IMG/VR virus record: IMGVR_UViG_3300043436_003321
Coordinates: 26,530-90,529 of that record
From: a virus
Taxonomy: Duplodnaviria; Heunggongvirae; Uroviricota; Caudoviricetes
Reading direction: 5' to 3' (one strand)
Length of the DNA stretch: 64,000 bases
Part shown: in pieces, positions 20,805-30,139 of the stretch
Layout: every line of letters starts with the position of its first letter
Position numbering within the stretch: the first letter of the stretch is position 1
Notes under the pieces: model-generated
Database searches by the model: none
What the model was told of the DNA's origin: nothing
What the model saw: the letters and a program-made list of their open reading frames with translations, nothing else
Made by a program: the position numbers and the translations under genes

Positions 20805-21214
20805 TATCTTACCCTATTGAGGATTACGTTATAACTTATTGGTTCAGATCTATTTATTATACTAAAAACAATATTGACTGTTATACTATTGTAATCAGGT
20901 GAACCTATAGCTTTAATGGATAATATATTGCATCTTGGTTCGTAAGCCTCTAATGCATTTTGAATTGTTTGTTGAATGCCATATTCAGTATCGGGTGTGA
21001 TATGATCAAAGAATAAAGCTCTTAAATCTGAACCAAGATTCGGATTGAAAAGTCTTTCGCCTCTATCAGTCAGTAAAATATTACGAATGGATTCTTTAAT
21101 CGAAGCTTCATCCACTTTTCTAGCGACATCAAAGTTGACTGGGCTAAGTTGTAAATCTTTCCCAAAGTCAGAATATGTGACGGTCTGCCCGCGAGTTAAT
21201 GGAGTGATTGCCAT
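20804..21214 (-). CDS. baseplate wedge protein gp25 (GPW/gp25 lysozyme-like family)
   Basis: 136 aa. Family motifs ILLTDRGERLFNPNLGSDLRALFF and EAYEPRCNI are present. Confidence 0.8.
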   Translation of the reverse strand: MAITPLTRGQTVTYSDFGKDLQLSPVNFDVARKVDEASIKESIRNILLTDRGERLFNPNLGSDLRALFFDHITPDTEYGIQQTIQNALEAYEPRCNILSIKAIGSPDYNSITVNIVFSIINRSEPISYNVILNRVR

Positions 21215-21236
21215 CTTAGTATCCTTTTGGTATTAT

Positions 21237-22808
21237 TTATCCGTTTCTAAAGCGATCCGCAACGTGCAATGCAATAGCTTCTGCATGACGCATCGAAGTC
21301 CCATTAGCATCAGTGGGCCATGTCCGTCTTGTTCCAACGTCAATGTGGATAAATGTCGGATATGTACTCATGCCGCCAACGCCTTCCTGACTTGCAATTG
21401 CAATAAATCGTTCACGTTCATCCGAGGTTGTAATACCACTTCCAGTCCATGAAATATCAAATGCTAATCCCGTCATATGCAGAGAATCTTTAGCTGCACC
21501 CTCAGTATTTGCATTCTTTTCAGGCGATCTATAAGCAGAGATAATATAAAGTTTTCTACCCATTCTTTTTGCTATACGTAATGCGACTATAATAATGTCA
21601 ATCCTTAACATCGTAACCGTTTTATCACCATCAGATTCAGCAAGGACATCAGAGAAATCGAAATATGGCGAGCTAAAATTGCCGCCAATAATACTTAAAG
21701 CGGCTTGAATCTCACTCTGCTCAAACGGTTTTGTATAATATACTGAAGGCTTTACAGTAGAACCTCTGGTCTGATCGGCCTGTCTATTTGCAAGATCAGT
21801 GATCTTTTGTTTATTTGCTTGTATTGTTGCTTCATCCATTCTAAAAGCACCAGCTGCAATTGCGGCCAGTTTGGCTGAGTCTGACATATTGGTAAATATC
21901 GACATTGCCTGAGTATGTCTAAGCATCATATCCTGCACACCTTGGATAGGTGACCTCATGAACGATTCAATAGCGCTTGTTAACTGACAGAATCTAAAAA
22001 GTAGATATGCTAATACTTCTGGCGTAATCTGTTCGAATTTGGAACCAATGCCAGAAATGAGTGCTGAAATTTTATCCTTTAGTTTTTGCATATTTAAATC
22101 ACTAAAGAAATTGGCGGCATCACGTATTGCATCACTAAATTGTTTTGCCATATTTACAAAGCCTGATACAGCTGATCTTATTCCATCTAAAACGGACAAC
22201 ATCTTTTCTTTAATAGTATCAACCAATCCTTGAAGCAGAGTGATAATAGATCCAAATTTACCTAATATACCATTAATAAAACTTTGTGCTGCTGAAAAGG
22301 CTCCCATGAGTCCTGCAAGACCCGTCAGAATGCCACTAAATGTTGCGCAGAATCCATTACTGATACTAGATCCAAAACTTTCAGTGTAATAGATGTCCAG
22401 TTGCTCTAATAGATTAGATACTACGATTGACATAACTGAATTGGCGGAATCTATACCATTGGATGTTTGATTACTATTATTAAATACTTGAATTGCAAAC
22501 GTAATTGATTCTACTGTATTGCCGGTCGTGTCAATAAAATCTGCTATTTCAGAAGCAGTAATTGGTGCTGCTTCTACTCGGTTGACCAATTGTGTATAAC
22601 TACCAGGACTTGTATTATTAATAACTCGAGTCATTGCAGTAATACCTACAATGGCTGAACTTAAAAAGGCTGAATCATATTTTAAAGCTGGGTTCTTTTC
22701 CTCAGCCAATAGTTCACCGAATGTTTTAATTCTAGAAGCTAATTGATCTGTGGTGAGAGCTGAAGTAGAATACTTTGTGCTTGGTGAGTCGAATGTATTA
22801 CAAGTCAT
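21237..22808 (-). CDS. virion-associated protein with C-terminal M15-family (VanY/D-Ala-D-Ala carboxypeptidase-like) peptidoglycan peptidase domain
   Basis: 523 aa. The C-terminus carries the zinc-peptidase M15 signature SAYRSPEKNANTEGAAKDSLHMTGLAFDIS...FIHIDVG (His-Asp-His ligands). The N-terminal 350 aa is an alpha-helical Gly/Ser-rich hydrophobic region like ejected or tape-measure proteins. Confidence 0.7.
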   Translation of the reverse strand: MTCNTFDSPSTKYSTSALTTDQLASRIKTFGELLAEEKNPALKYDSAFLSSAIVGITAMTRVINNTSPGSYTQLVNRVEAAPITASEIADFIDTTGNTVESITFAIQVFNNSNQTSNGIDSANSVMSIVVSNLLEQLDIYYTESFGSSISNGFCATFSGILTGLAGLMGAFSAAQSFINGILGKFGSIITLLQGLVDTIKEKMLSVLDGIRSAVSGFVNMAKQFSDAIRDAANFFSDLNMQKLKDKISALISGIGSKFEQITPEVLAYLLFRFCQLTSAIESFMRSPIQGVQDMMLRHTQAMSIFTNMSDSAKLAAIAAGAFRMDEATIQANKQKITDLANRQADQTRGSTVKPSVYYTKPFEQSEIQAALSIIGGNFSSPYFDFSDVLAESDGDKTVTMLRIDIIIVALRIAKRMGRKLYIISAYRSPEKNANTEGAAKDSLHMTGLAFDISWTGSGITTSDERERFIAIASQEGVGGMSTYPTFIHIDVGTRRTWPTDANGTSMRHAEAIALHVADRFRNG

Positions 22809-22818
22809 TTAAGTACCT

Positions 22819-24579
22819 TTATTGTGCTGTTATGGATTCATCCAATGAACCCATGCTTACGCCTTCTGGTGTTGGATCTGATAGGTCAACACTATCATCT
22901 GGTGGTGATGCAGCTCCAGCTACTGGAGGTTCTGGAGCTCTTGTGGCAAGTGCCGCAGGGATATCAGATGGTGTTCCGGCCTCATCATTCAGATAGATCT
23001 TTTCGCCGCCAACATTAATATTTCCAACTGCTTTAAGACCAATACCATCGCTTTGAAGTCCGATAGTAGTATCACTCTTTAATCCAATTGATGTTTTAGC
23101 TTGCACTGTAATTTTATTCGCGGCTGCAATATCAATATTATCAACTCTGGCATGCATACCAATACGACCACTAGCAAAATCCATGGATGATCCAGAGTTT
23201 AATAGAAGATCACCAGCGGCTTGAAGTCTAATATTACCACCCGATGTTAAATTGATATCAGAATCAGAATCAATTGTAACACCACCGGCGCTAACACTGA
23301 TTGTATATCCTTTATCTGATATTACAGTTGACGAACCCTTCACCGCCAATTCATAGTTGTTTTCTGACGAGGTATGAGTACGACCCGAGGATTTAATTAT
23401 GACATTACCTTGTTGGTCAAGTCTTACACTGGATCCAGATGAATGCATAATTGTAATAAACTCTGCTGCAGTACCTTGTCCTGCATGCATTTCAATATAT
23501 GATCCATTACGCCGTGCCGTCCACACAGAAGATCGTTTACTGCCACCGACTTGTACACCAGGCTCGTTAATTGTTCTGCTGCCCGATCTGGTTGAAGAAG
23601 ATCTTCGCATAGTTTCAGCTGCAACAACTGGTGTAAGATGGATATCCTCTCCGGTAACCTGAGCTGGTAACGCGCCATTTCCATATGCACCATATGTCGC
23701 ATGCATTGCGGCTAAATACGCATTAGGATTTTCTGGTAGTAAATCTGATGCAGCAGATCCATTAGCATAAGCCCCAAGAGAGTTTTGAAACTGACCGATA
23801 ATATCGCCGTGACTTCCGGAATTGGAAAATGCCTCCCAGGTAGGACCGAGACTAGAGAGAACTGATGGTGTAAGTCCCTGAGTTTGCAATTGTGAGTTTA
23901 AATCGCCGCCAGTATAAGATCTATAGCGATCTTGGGCTAGTTTCCATGCTGCAGCATCCTGATTTGCTGCTGTCATGGGAGCATTAACACCGCCGTTAAG
24001 TTCAAGCCAAGTGTCATACGTAAATTGATATCGCCCGGATGCGCTACTAGTGCCGCCAGGCCCGGGAGAATATCCAGGGTGCCCCTGATTAATATCATAT
24101 GTGCCTCCGCCATTTCTGATATCATATCTACCATTCACGGATTCTTTCAATGCTGTAGCATCTAAAAATGCTCGAGCATGAGGCGCCAGATCGGCCGAGG
24201 CGTTATATCCAATATCGCCCGGACTATTGCCACCAGAACTACCTACATCCGAACTAAAACCAGCAACTGATGGCGCCATGGCTGGAATGCCATATCTTGA
24301 AGTATTAATCACACCGAGTACTACTGGATGTTGAGCGTCTCTGCCATCTAGGAAGAAGCCAAAGGCCAAATCGCCTTCATTAAATGGTGTATATACATCA
24401 GTACTTTGGCGAATAACAGATGCCCATGGTAAATCATCCTTAGGTACTTCGCCAGATGTCACAGTTGGATGGAAACCAAATGCGCGAACTTTGACTCTAT
24501 CATTGTTTGAAGCATCATTCGATACTTCGATATAACCCATGAACCAAGTTAAATTATTAAGCCCTTGTGTACCTATCAT
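22819..24579 (-). CDS. gp5-like baseplate hub/cell-puncturing spike with lytic-transglycosylase-like domain
   Basis: 586 aa. The N-terminus (RVKVRAFGFHP...DDLPWASV) matches the gp5 OB-fold. The middle carries an E-S ... SASGRYQF motif resembling SLT/GH23 catalytic-Glu and GLMQ-type motifs. The C-terminus has repetitive beta-helix-like segments (SDKGYTISVSAGGVTIDSDSDINLTSGGNIRLQAAGDL). Confidence 0.7.
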   Translation of the reverse strand: MIGTQGLNNLTWFMGYIEVSNDASNNDRVKVRAFGFHPTVTSGEVPKDDLPWASVIRQSTDVYTPFNEGDLAFGFFLDGRDAQHPVVLGVINTSRYGIPAMAPSVAGFSSDVGSSGGNSPGDIGYNASADLAPHARAFLDATALKESVNGRYDIRNGGGTYDINQGHPGYSPGPGGTSSASGRYQFTYDTWLELNGGVNAPMTAANQDAAAWKLAQDRYRSYTGGDLNSQLQTQGLTPSVLSSLGPTWEAFSNSGSHGDIIGQFQNSLGAYANGSAASDLLPENPNAYLAAMHATYGAYGNGALPAQVTGEDIHLTPVVAAETMRRSSSTRSGSRTINEPGVQVGGSKRSSVWTARRNGSYIEMHAGQGTAAEFITIMHSSGSSVRLDQQGNVIIKSSGRTHTSSENNYELAVKGSSTVISDKGYTISVSAGGVTIDSDSDINLTSGGNIRLQAAGDLLLNSGSSMDFASGRIGMHARVDNIDIAAANKITVQAKTSIGLKSDTTIGLQSDGIGLKAVGNINVGGEKIYLNDEAGTPSDIPAALATRAPEPPVAGAASPPDDSVDLSDPTPEGVSMGSLDESITAQ

Positions 24580-25916
24580 GTTCCAACTCCATATCTAGTC
24601 AATGTAAGAGTTTGCGTATATTTCTTATCTACAAAATTATTAGATACAGACTCTACAATATATCTTCCACTTTTTTCTTTATCAAATTTAGTACTTCCAG
24701 GAACACGTTCCAATAACTGTATGTCAACCAAACTGCCGGCAAAGATTGTATTACGACCGTAAATTGTAAGAGACATACTATTCTGTGCATAGTGATAGAA
24801 GTAAGCCGGCTTTTTAGTATACAGTTCACTATAGAATTGATCGTCACGGATATTTGGCCCAGTAACACCACCTACAGAAGAATAATCTTTAAAAACAAAT
24901 TGGACATGCTCATTCTGTAACATATCTTGGATATATTCATTACTGTGTGGGAGTTTTACTCCAGCCTTTGTAAACTCAGCAGCGTGATCATATTCTTTTC
25001 TTGTGCTTGTGCCATTTAAAACATCAATCTCATATATGGCCTTTTTATAACCAGAATAATTAAGATCTTCGACCGTGTTTACTTTTTTTCCTACAGCAAT
25101 ATCAATAATTTCATACATAAGTTCGTCTTGTCTTTCTGGCCCAATACCAGGTTTATATGACTTAGTAAAGACTGGTACTGCACCGCCGGTAGTTGGAATT
25201 TTAGCAGCTCGAGCTAACTTTGGATCAACCAAACCGCTACCAAAACCTACAAAGTTTTTATTTGCATCCTCGACATATTCGACAGTTGAAAAGTAATACT
25301 TATCTCGGTTTTCGAAGAATCTATATGTCTGTGTTTTACTGGCACTGTTGTAAGCTCTTCGCGAAAAGAATATAATTGCTTCCTCGGGTGACAGATTAGG
25401 CACGACTAGTGTTTGTTGACCATCAGTTGATTCTATTACTAACTCTTTTGCTTTTAACTTATTCGCGGTGACAGCTTCTTTATAATATTGGTTATAAATG
25501 TCTTTAACATAATCACTAATCACGCCATTCTTATACGATCGCATAATATATTCTTTACTTGCCAATAGTTTACCAGGCGAAACAAAATTAAGAGTGTATT
25601 GCAAAATGGCTTGGTTATTAGGATCCGGATATTTAATATTGTTTATAGAGTAGACCATAAAGGTGTCGACACGTTCAATACCAAAGTAGTCAACGTATGT
25701 AAACTCGATACTTTCCTCACCATTTAAGGGAAACGTTTCTAGTATATTGGATCCATCAAATACGGTGGTGCTACCGCGAACGGATGTAGTCGACATAGAC
25801 TCGACTATTTCAAAACCTACGATTAGGTTTTTGACATCGAGCTGTTTACTGCCGTCATAACTTTTTAATTTGGCACTCTTAAGCTCGTATGACCCCGCCT
25901 GTTTAATATCAGCCAT
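24576..25916 (-). CDS. baseplate hub protein, gp27-like candidate
   Basis: 446 aa, immediately upstream of and 4-nt overlapping the gp5-like gene, as gp27 partners gp5. Called on synteny and size only. Confidence 0.4.
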   Translation of the reverse strand: MADIKQAGSYELKSAKLKSYDGSKQLDVKNLIVGFEIVESMSTTSVRGSTTVFDGSNILETFPLNGEESIEFTYVDYFGIERVDTFMVYSINNIKYPDPNNQAILQYTLNFVSPGKLLASKEYIMRSYKNGVISDYVKDIYNQYYKEAVTANKLKAKELVIESTDGQQTLVVPNLSPEEAIIFFSRRAYNSASKTQTYRFFENRDKYYFSTVEYVEDANKNFVGFGSGLVDPKLARAAKIPTTGGAVPVFTKSYKPGIGPERQDELMYEIIDIAVGKKVNTVEDLNYSGYKKAIYEIDVLNGTSTRKEYDHAAEFTKAGVKLPHSNEYIQDMLQNEHVQFVFKDYSSVGGVTGPNIRDDQFYSELYTKKPAYFYHYAQNSMSLTIYGRNTIFAGSLVDIQLLERVPGSTKFDKEKSGRYIVESVSNNFVDKKYTQTLTLTRYGVGT

Positions 25917-26466
25917 TCATTATGCTCTCTAGTTCTTTTTCCATTTGGTCGGCATATACTCTGTTAACCAAAAAGATAGTTCTTTTAGCTTCATTCTTTT
26001 CAGATTCGTATTGATAATAACTGACTGATCGCCATTCGCCAGCTTGAATAAGGCCTAGTGATCCATTGAGGGTATACGTTTTGGTAGTAATTTTAACTGT
26101 AGGATCTGCTATATTCTCGTAGTGAATCACATTGTTTTGTGTCCAGGCAATAACTGCCGAAGGTATTGTATTAGACAATGTGGTATATTTGGTAATAAGC
26201 ATTCGTTCAAAGTCTGCATTCGAAAGAGGCCACTGAGTATATGGATCAATAATATTGTTTGCCAGATATACCAACCAAACTTTGCCGATATCATTATAGT
26301 AATAGTATGCGATATCTTCGGCACGTTCACCTTCTTTAACTGTATAGTTAAGAAAGGCTATGGTATTACCTTTTATAGATTCAAGTATATTTGCTCGAGC
26401 GGTGATATCAACGACTTCCATGTCGTCATATGTTACCTTAGGCAAGTAAGTAAAATATCTAGACAT
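25909..26466 (-). CDS. baseplate assembly protein with LysM-like motif
   Basis: 185 aa. The YTVKEGERAEDIAYYYY segment resembles a LysM-type peptidoglycan-binding motif. Confidence 0.35.
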   Translation of the reverse strand: MSRYFTYLPKVTYDDMEVVDITARANILESIKGNTIAFLNYTVKEGERAEDIAYYYYNDIGKVWLVYLANNIIDPYTQWPLSNADFERMLITKYTTLSNTIPSAVIAWTQNNVIHYENIADPTVKITTKTYTLNGSLGLIQAGEWRSVSYYQYESEKNEAKRTIFLVNRVYADQMEKELESIMNG

Positions 26467-26472
26467 GTATTA

Positions 26473-27381
26473 TTACCTATAATCTTCTGAAGTGTGAATC
26501 GAAGCTTCTAATAAATTCAATTGCAATGTAAGTACAACTGGTTTACCACCTTCGAATAAGTGAAGTTGATTGCCTTCGTTAAATCTAACGTTGAATGATT
26601 GTATCATTGACGGCTTAAATTTATAATAGTACTCATCATTAATACCCAAGAACTTAATATTTACTAGATTTGGATATTTTAACAAGGCCTTTGTTTGCGC
26701 TATGGCACTAGTGCCGCCATATTCTGGTAACATAGCACCTTTTATAACCTTTATAATATCTCTTATTGTATTAGATTCTTCTTGTGATTTTGGCGAAACC
26801 GTCCACACGAAGTTGTGAAATTTAAGTCTTACCCCAGAAAAATCCACCGTAGTGTATGGATTTACGGCGCTGCCTGTATATAAGTCTGCTGCCAATCCAG
26901 CACCAGGCACTATAGAATCTAAAGCGCTTCGGCCTAACAGTTTGGCATATAGTTTATAATTCTCTAGTGATGCTTGAATTTCAGGGTTGCCTCCAAAACC
27001 AAGAGCCTCACCACTTGCACTTACCACATCTTTGGCAATATTATAAGCTCCTTCGGCGAAGGCGTCGACACCGCCAGAACCAATTGTTTGCATTGTTTGC
27101 AGTGCTAAAGCTCCAGTCACACCCAATTGCGCTTGATTAGAATCTATAGCAGTATCGTCAGATAAACTTGGTGGAATTGGAAGATATACGGTTTTAGTCC
27201 CACCAGATACATTTGCAAACCCGAACGTGCTACTATAACTATACGGAGTAAAGGACATAACCATACGAATCGCCCCAAGATCCTCGGGAAATACATAACT
27301 AGCTGATCTGGAATTTGACCGATTAATATCCATTACCTGTGAAGGTGGGGTGGCATGATTCCTTGAATATGGATCCATCAT
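26473..27381 (-). CDS. tail-tube-like baseplate protein (gp48/gp54 family candidate)
   Basis: 302 aa. First gene of the minus-strand late unit, with a TATAAATA late promoter 39 nt upstream. Beta-rich protein of tail-tube-initiator size. Confidence 0.4.
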   Translation of the reverse strand: MMDPYSRNHATPPSQVMDINRSNSRSASYVFPEDLGAIRMVMSFTPYSYSSTFGFANVSGGTKTVYLPIPPSLSDDTAIDSNQAQLGVTGALALQTMQTIGSGGVDAFAEGAYNIAKDVVSASGEALGFGGNPEIQASLENYKLYAKLLGRSALDSIVPGAGLAADLYTGSAVNPYTTVDFSGVRLKFHNFVWTVSPKSQEESNTIRDIIKVIKGAMLPEYGGTSAIAQTKALLKYPNLVNIKFLGINDEYYYKFKPSMIQSFNVRFNEGNQLHLFEGGKPVVLTLQLNLLEASIHTSEDYR

Positions 27382-27389
27382 AAGTTCCC

Positions 27390-27397
27390 TATAAATA
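27390..27397 (+). promoter_or_regulatory. T4-type late promoter TATAAATA for the gp4-gp53-baseplate operon
   Basis: Exact TATAAATA 40 nt upstream of ATG 27437. Confidence 0.6.
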
Positions 27398-27419
27398 GAA
27401 TAGATAATATTGTTTTAAG

Positions 27420-27427
27420 TATTTATA
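27420..27427 (-). promoter_or_regulatory. T4-type late promoter TATAAATA (minus strand) for the baseplate/hub/wedge gene block
   Basis: Plus-strand tatttata reads TATAAATA on the minus strand, 39 nt upstream of ATG 27381. Arranged divergently and symmetrically with the plus-strand box. Confidence 0.6.
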
Positions 27428-27436
27428 TGGTGACAT

Positions 27437-27892
27437 ATGGCATATCAAGGAAAGTTCAAAGCAAAAAATCCTCAAAAGTATATTGGGGATTCAACTAATA
27501 TAATATATCGGTCAAGTTGGGAACTTAAACTTATGTCATATTTAGACACCCATCCAAATGTTTTGAGGTGGGGAAGTGAAGAAGTTATTATACCATATCG
27601 TAGTCCAATTGATGGGCGGATTCATAGATACTTTCCGGACTTTTTTGTTGAACAAATAAATAAGGATGGTATTAAGGATCGTATATTAATTGAAGTGAAG
27701 CCAAAACATCAAACTGTAGCACCGGATACTACTAAAAAATTAACACCACGTGGTATGATTAGCAAAAAATATCTAGCAGAAGTTTCAACGTGGGGTGTAA
27801 ATAAAGCAAAATGGGAAGCTGCAGATTCATTCTGTAAGGACAGAGGTTGGAAATTTCAAATAATGACGGAACAGGAACTGGGCATTAAGTAA
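27437..27892 (+). CDS. head completion protein gp4-like (PD-(D/E)XK-type)
   Basis: 151 aa. A TATAAATA late promoter lies 40 nt upstream. The motif YRSSWELKLMSYLD...RYFPDFFVE...IEVKP resembles the conserved gp4 head-completion family. Followed by a gp53-like gene, as in T4 (4-53-5 region). Confidence 0.55.
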   Translation: MAYQGKFKAKNPQKYIGDSTNIIYRSSWELKLMSYLDTHPNVLRWGSEEVIIPYRSPIDGRIHRYFPDFFVEQINKDGIKDRILIEVKPKHQTVAPDTTKKLTPRGMISKKYLAEVSTWGVNKAKWEAADSFCKDRGWKFQIMTEQELGIK

Positions 27893-28485
27893 TGGCAAAT
27901 TTATTCGATACGATATTGACCACTGGTGTTCGGGCAGGACAAATTCCAGCTCGTACAAATGATGCAAGGGAATGGTATCGTAATACTGCACAACAATACC
28001 GAAATGTACAAGAAGCCCAACTAATGAAAAGTGGTGGTGAGCGGCTGACAAATCAACCATTAGTCGGTCATATGTATATGTTCTACTATGATGCTAAACA
28101 CAAAGATACACTTCCATACTTTGATAAGTTTCCGTTAATTTTTCCATTTAAAAAAGTACCAGGTGGTTTTCTTGGCATAAACTTACACTATTTGCCTTTA
28201 CAGTATAGGGCAAAGTTAATGGATTCACTCTATGAAGTAACATCAAATGAAAGATATGATGAGACTACAAAACTTCAACTGAGTTATAGAATGTTAGATG
28301 GTGCAAGTAAATTTAAGTATTTTAAGCCGACCGTAAAACATTATTTAACAGATCAATTGCGATCTAGATTTTTATATGTATATCCTTCTGAGTGGGACAT
28401 TGCATTGTTTCTACCTACTGAAAGATTTAGTGGCGCTCGAAAACAAAAAGTCTGGGCTGATTCCAGAAATTCAATAGGAAGATAA
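27892..28485 (+). CDS. baseplate wedge protein gp53-like
   Basis: 197 aa. The motif GHMYMFYYDAKHKDTLPYFDKFPLIFPF...GFLGINLHYLP resembles the conserved gp53 core. 1-nt overlap with the gp4-like stop. Confidence 0.5.
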   Translation: MANLFDTILTTGVRAGQIPARTNDAREWYRNTAQQYRNVQEAQLMKSGGERLTNQPLVGHMYMFYYDAKHKDTLPYFDKFPLIFPFKKVPGGFLGINLHYLPLQYRAKLMDSLYEVTSNERYDETTKLQLSYRMLDGASKFKYFKPTVKHYLTDQLRSRFLYVYPSEWDIALFLPTERFSGARKQKVWADSRNSIGR

Positions 28486-28487
28486 TA

Positions 28488-29258
28488 ATGGCATTTAGCA
28501 TTACAGAGTTTAATAGCCACATAAACAAACATGGCGTTTCAAAGCAGAATATATTTGTGGTAACTATTACATTACCGCCAAAGCTTTCATCTATTGAGAA
28601 CTATATCCCTACTCGAGATTTAACTTTCCTATGCCGGCAGGTGACACTTCCAGGCTTTGATGTAAACGCTCCTATGATATATCCACAGTCACTTGGTGTC
28701 GGTGAACGTAGGGCAATCGGCATTAATGACTTTGAAGTTGTTCCGATGGTTTTCATGATGGATAGTAACTTCAATGTTTTAAAATTCTTCCATCGGTGGA
28801 TGCAATCGGTAGTTAACTATGATACTAAGGCCGGTTACAATTCGCAATTGCCTGGAACAACACAGGCTGTGTATCAGGTCGGATATAAAAAAGATTATGC
28901 TGCTACAATTACAATCGAGGTTTATTCTGGCAATAGTCCATTTGGCGGCAAATACACATATGTATTAAAGAATGCATATCCAGTTAATATTGGAAGTGTA
29001 TTGGAAAATTGGGAAGATACCAATACCATCATGACACTGAATGTCGGCATTAGTTTTGACGGACTCAATGTTGATGGTACCACACCGGGTCAGGTGTCCT
29101 CGAATCCATTTAACGGTGTGTATAACTTTCTGGATGGCCTTGAGGTTGTTGGTGGTCTGCTGGGCATAGCCGGCAATACTGGATTAAGCAATGATATTCA
29201 AAACTTCATTGATAAAGCAATTACCATTGGGACAATTGATAATTTATTTAACGTATAA
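28488..29258 (+). CDS. tail-tube-like baseplate protein (gp48/gp54 family candidate)
   Basis: 256 aa, beta-rich, tube-protein-like. Sits in the baseplate late operon. Confidence 0.45.
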   Translation: MAFSITEFNSHINKHGVSKQNIFVVTITLPPKLSSIENYIPTRDLTFLCRQVTLPGFDVNAPMIYPQSLGVGERRAIGINDFEVVPMVFMMDSNFNVLKFFHRWMQSVVNYDTKAGYNSQLPGTTQAVYQVGYKKDYAATITIEVYSGNSPFGGKYTYVLKNAYPVNIGSVLENWEDTNTIMTLNVGISFDGLNVDGTTPGQVSSNPFNGVYNFLDGLEVVGGLLGIAGNTGLSNDIQNFIDKAITIGTIDNLFNV

Positions 29259-29275
29259 TATTTGGAGTATATAAA

Positions 29276-29977
29276 ATGAGCGGTTTACCTAAACTTGACT
29301 TACCTTTATTTGAATTGGTATTACCTTCGACGGGAAAGAAAATACAATATAGGCCTTTTACTGTAAAAGAAGAAAAAATCCTTCTTATCGCACAAGAATC
29401 TAAGGACATTGATCAAATTGTTTTGGCTATTAAACAGATCATTGGCAATTGCGTAACGAATATTGATGTTGAAAGATTAGCCACCTTTGACTTTGAATAT
29501 ATTTTATTGCATATTAGAGGCAAATCAATTAACAATCTTATTGATTTAAAGATCAGGGATCCGGATACCCAAGAATCTATTTCACTCAGTATTAATATTG
29601 ATGAGGTAACACTTAAAAAAGACCCAGAGCATACCAATAGAATTCAAGTAAATGCGAATGCTGTTATTCTGATGCGATACCCGACACTGAATGAAGTATC
29701 CATTCTTGCTAAAGGTAAAGCAACCTCTGAGGTGCTTTTTAATGCTATGATATCATGTATTGATCAAATCGTTGTAGATGATTCTGTGTATAAAACTGAG
29801 GACTTTACCGAGAAAGAACTTCTGGATTTTGTGGATCAATTAACCCCTAACGTATTGGCAGATATTCAAAAGTTCTTTGAGACGATACCAGTATTAAGAA
29901 TGGAAATACCTTACAAGAATAAGAATGGTGAACAAAAGACATTCGTAATGGAGGGTATGGAGACTTTTTTTATGTAA
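29276..29977 (+). CDS. baseplate hub component candidate (gp26/gp28/gp51-position)
   Basis: 233 aa, in the operon between the tube-like and tape-measure-like genes. No motif recognised. Confidence 0.3.
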   Translation: MSGLPKLDLPLFELVLPSTGKKIQYRPFTVKEEKILLIAQESKDIDQIVLAIKQIIGNCVTNIDVERLATFDFEYILLHIRGKSINNLIDLKIRDPDTQESISLSINIDEVTLKKDPEHTNRIQVNANAVILMRYPTLNEVSILAKGKATSEVLFNAMISCIDQIVVDDSVYKTEDFTEKELLDFVDQLTPNVLADIQKFFETIPVLRMEIPYKNKNGEQKTFVMEGMETFFM

Positions 29978-29979
29978 GC

Positions 29980-30138
29980 ATGAGTCATTCTAGTTTGCAG
30001 CTTTATTATAAAACTGTATTTAGTTTGGCTCAACATCATAAATACCAAATAAGTGAAATTGAAAATCTATTACCTTATGAAAGAGATTTATATGTTGAAC
30101 TACTAATAGACTATATAGAAAGTCAGAAAAAGAGTTAA
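29980..30138 (+). CDS. small hypothetical protein (52 aa)
   Basis: Not in the ORF track (under 60 aa). Its ATG lies 2 nt after the upstream stop (TAAGCATGA) and its stop overlaps the next ATG (TAAAATG). This tight coupling suggests it is real. Confidence 0.3.
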   Translation: MSHSSLQLYYKTVFSLAQHHKYQISEIENLLPYERDLYVELLIDYIESQKKS

Positions 30139-30139
30139 A

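Noticed and set aside
30035-30050. CATAAATA (one mismatch to TATAAATA) 95 nt upstream of the gp29-like gene; GATAAATA at 42459; AATAAATA at 34301
   Set aside because: Single-mismatch variants at non-standard distances. Not called as late promoters without transcript data.
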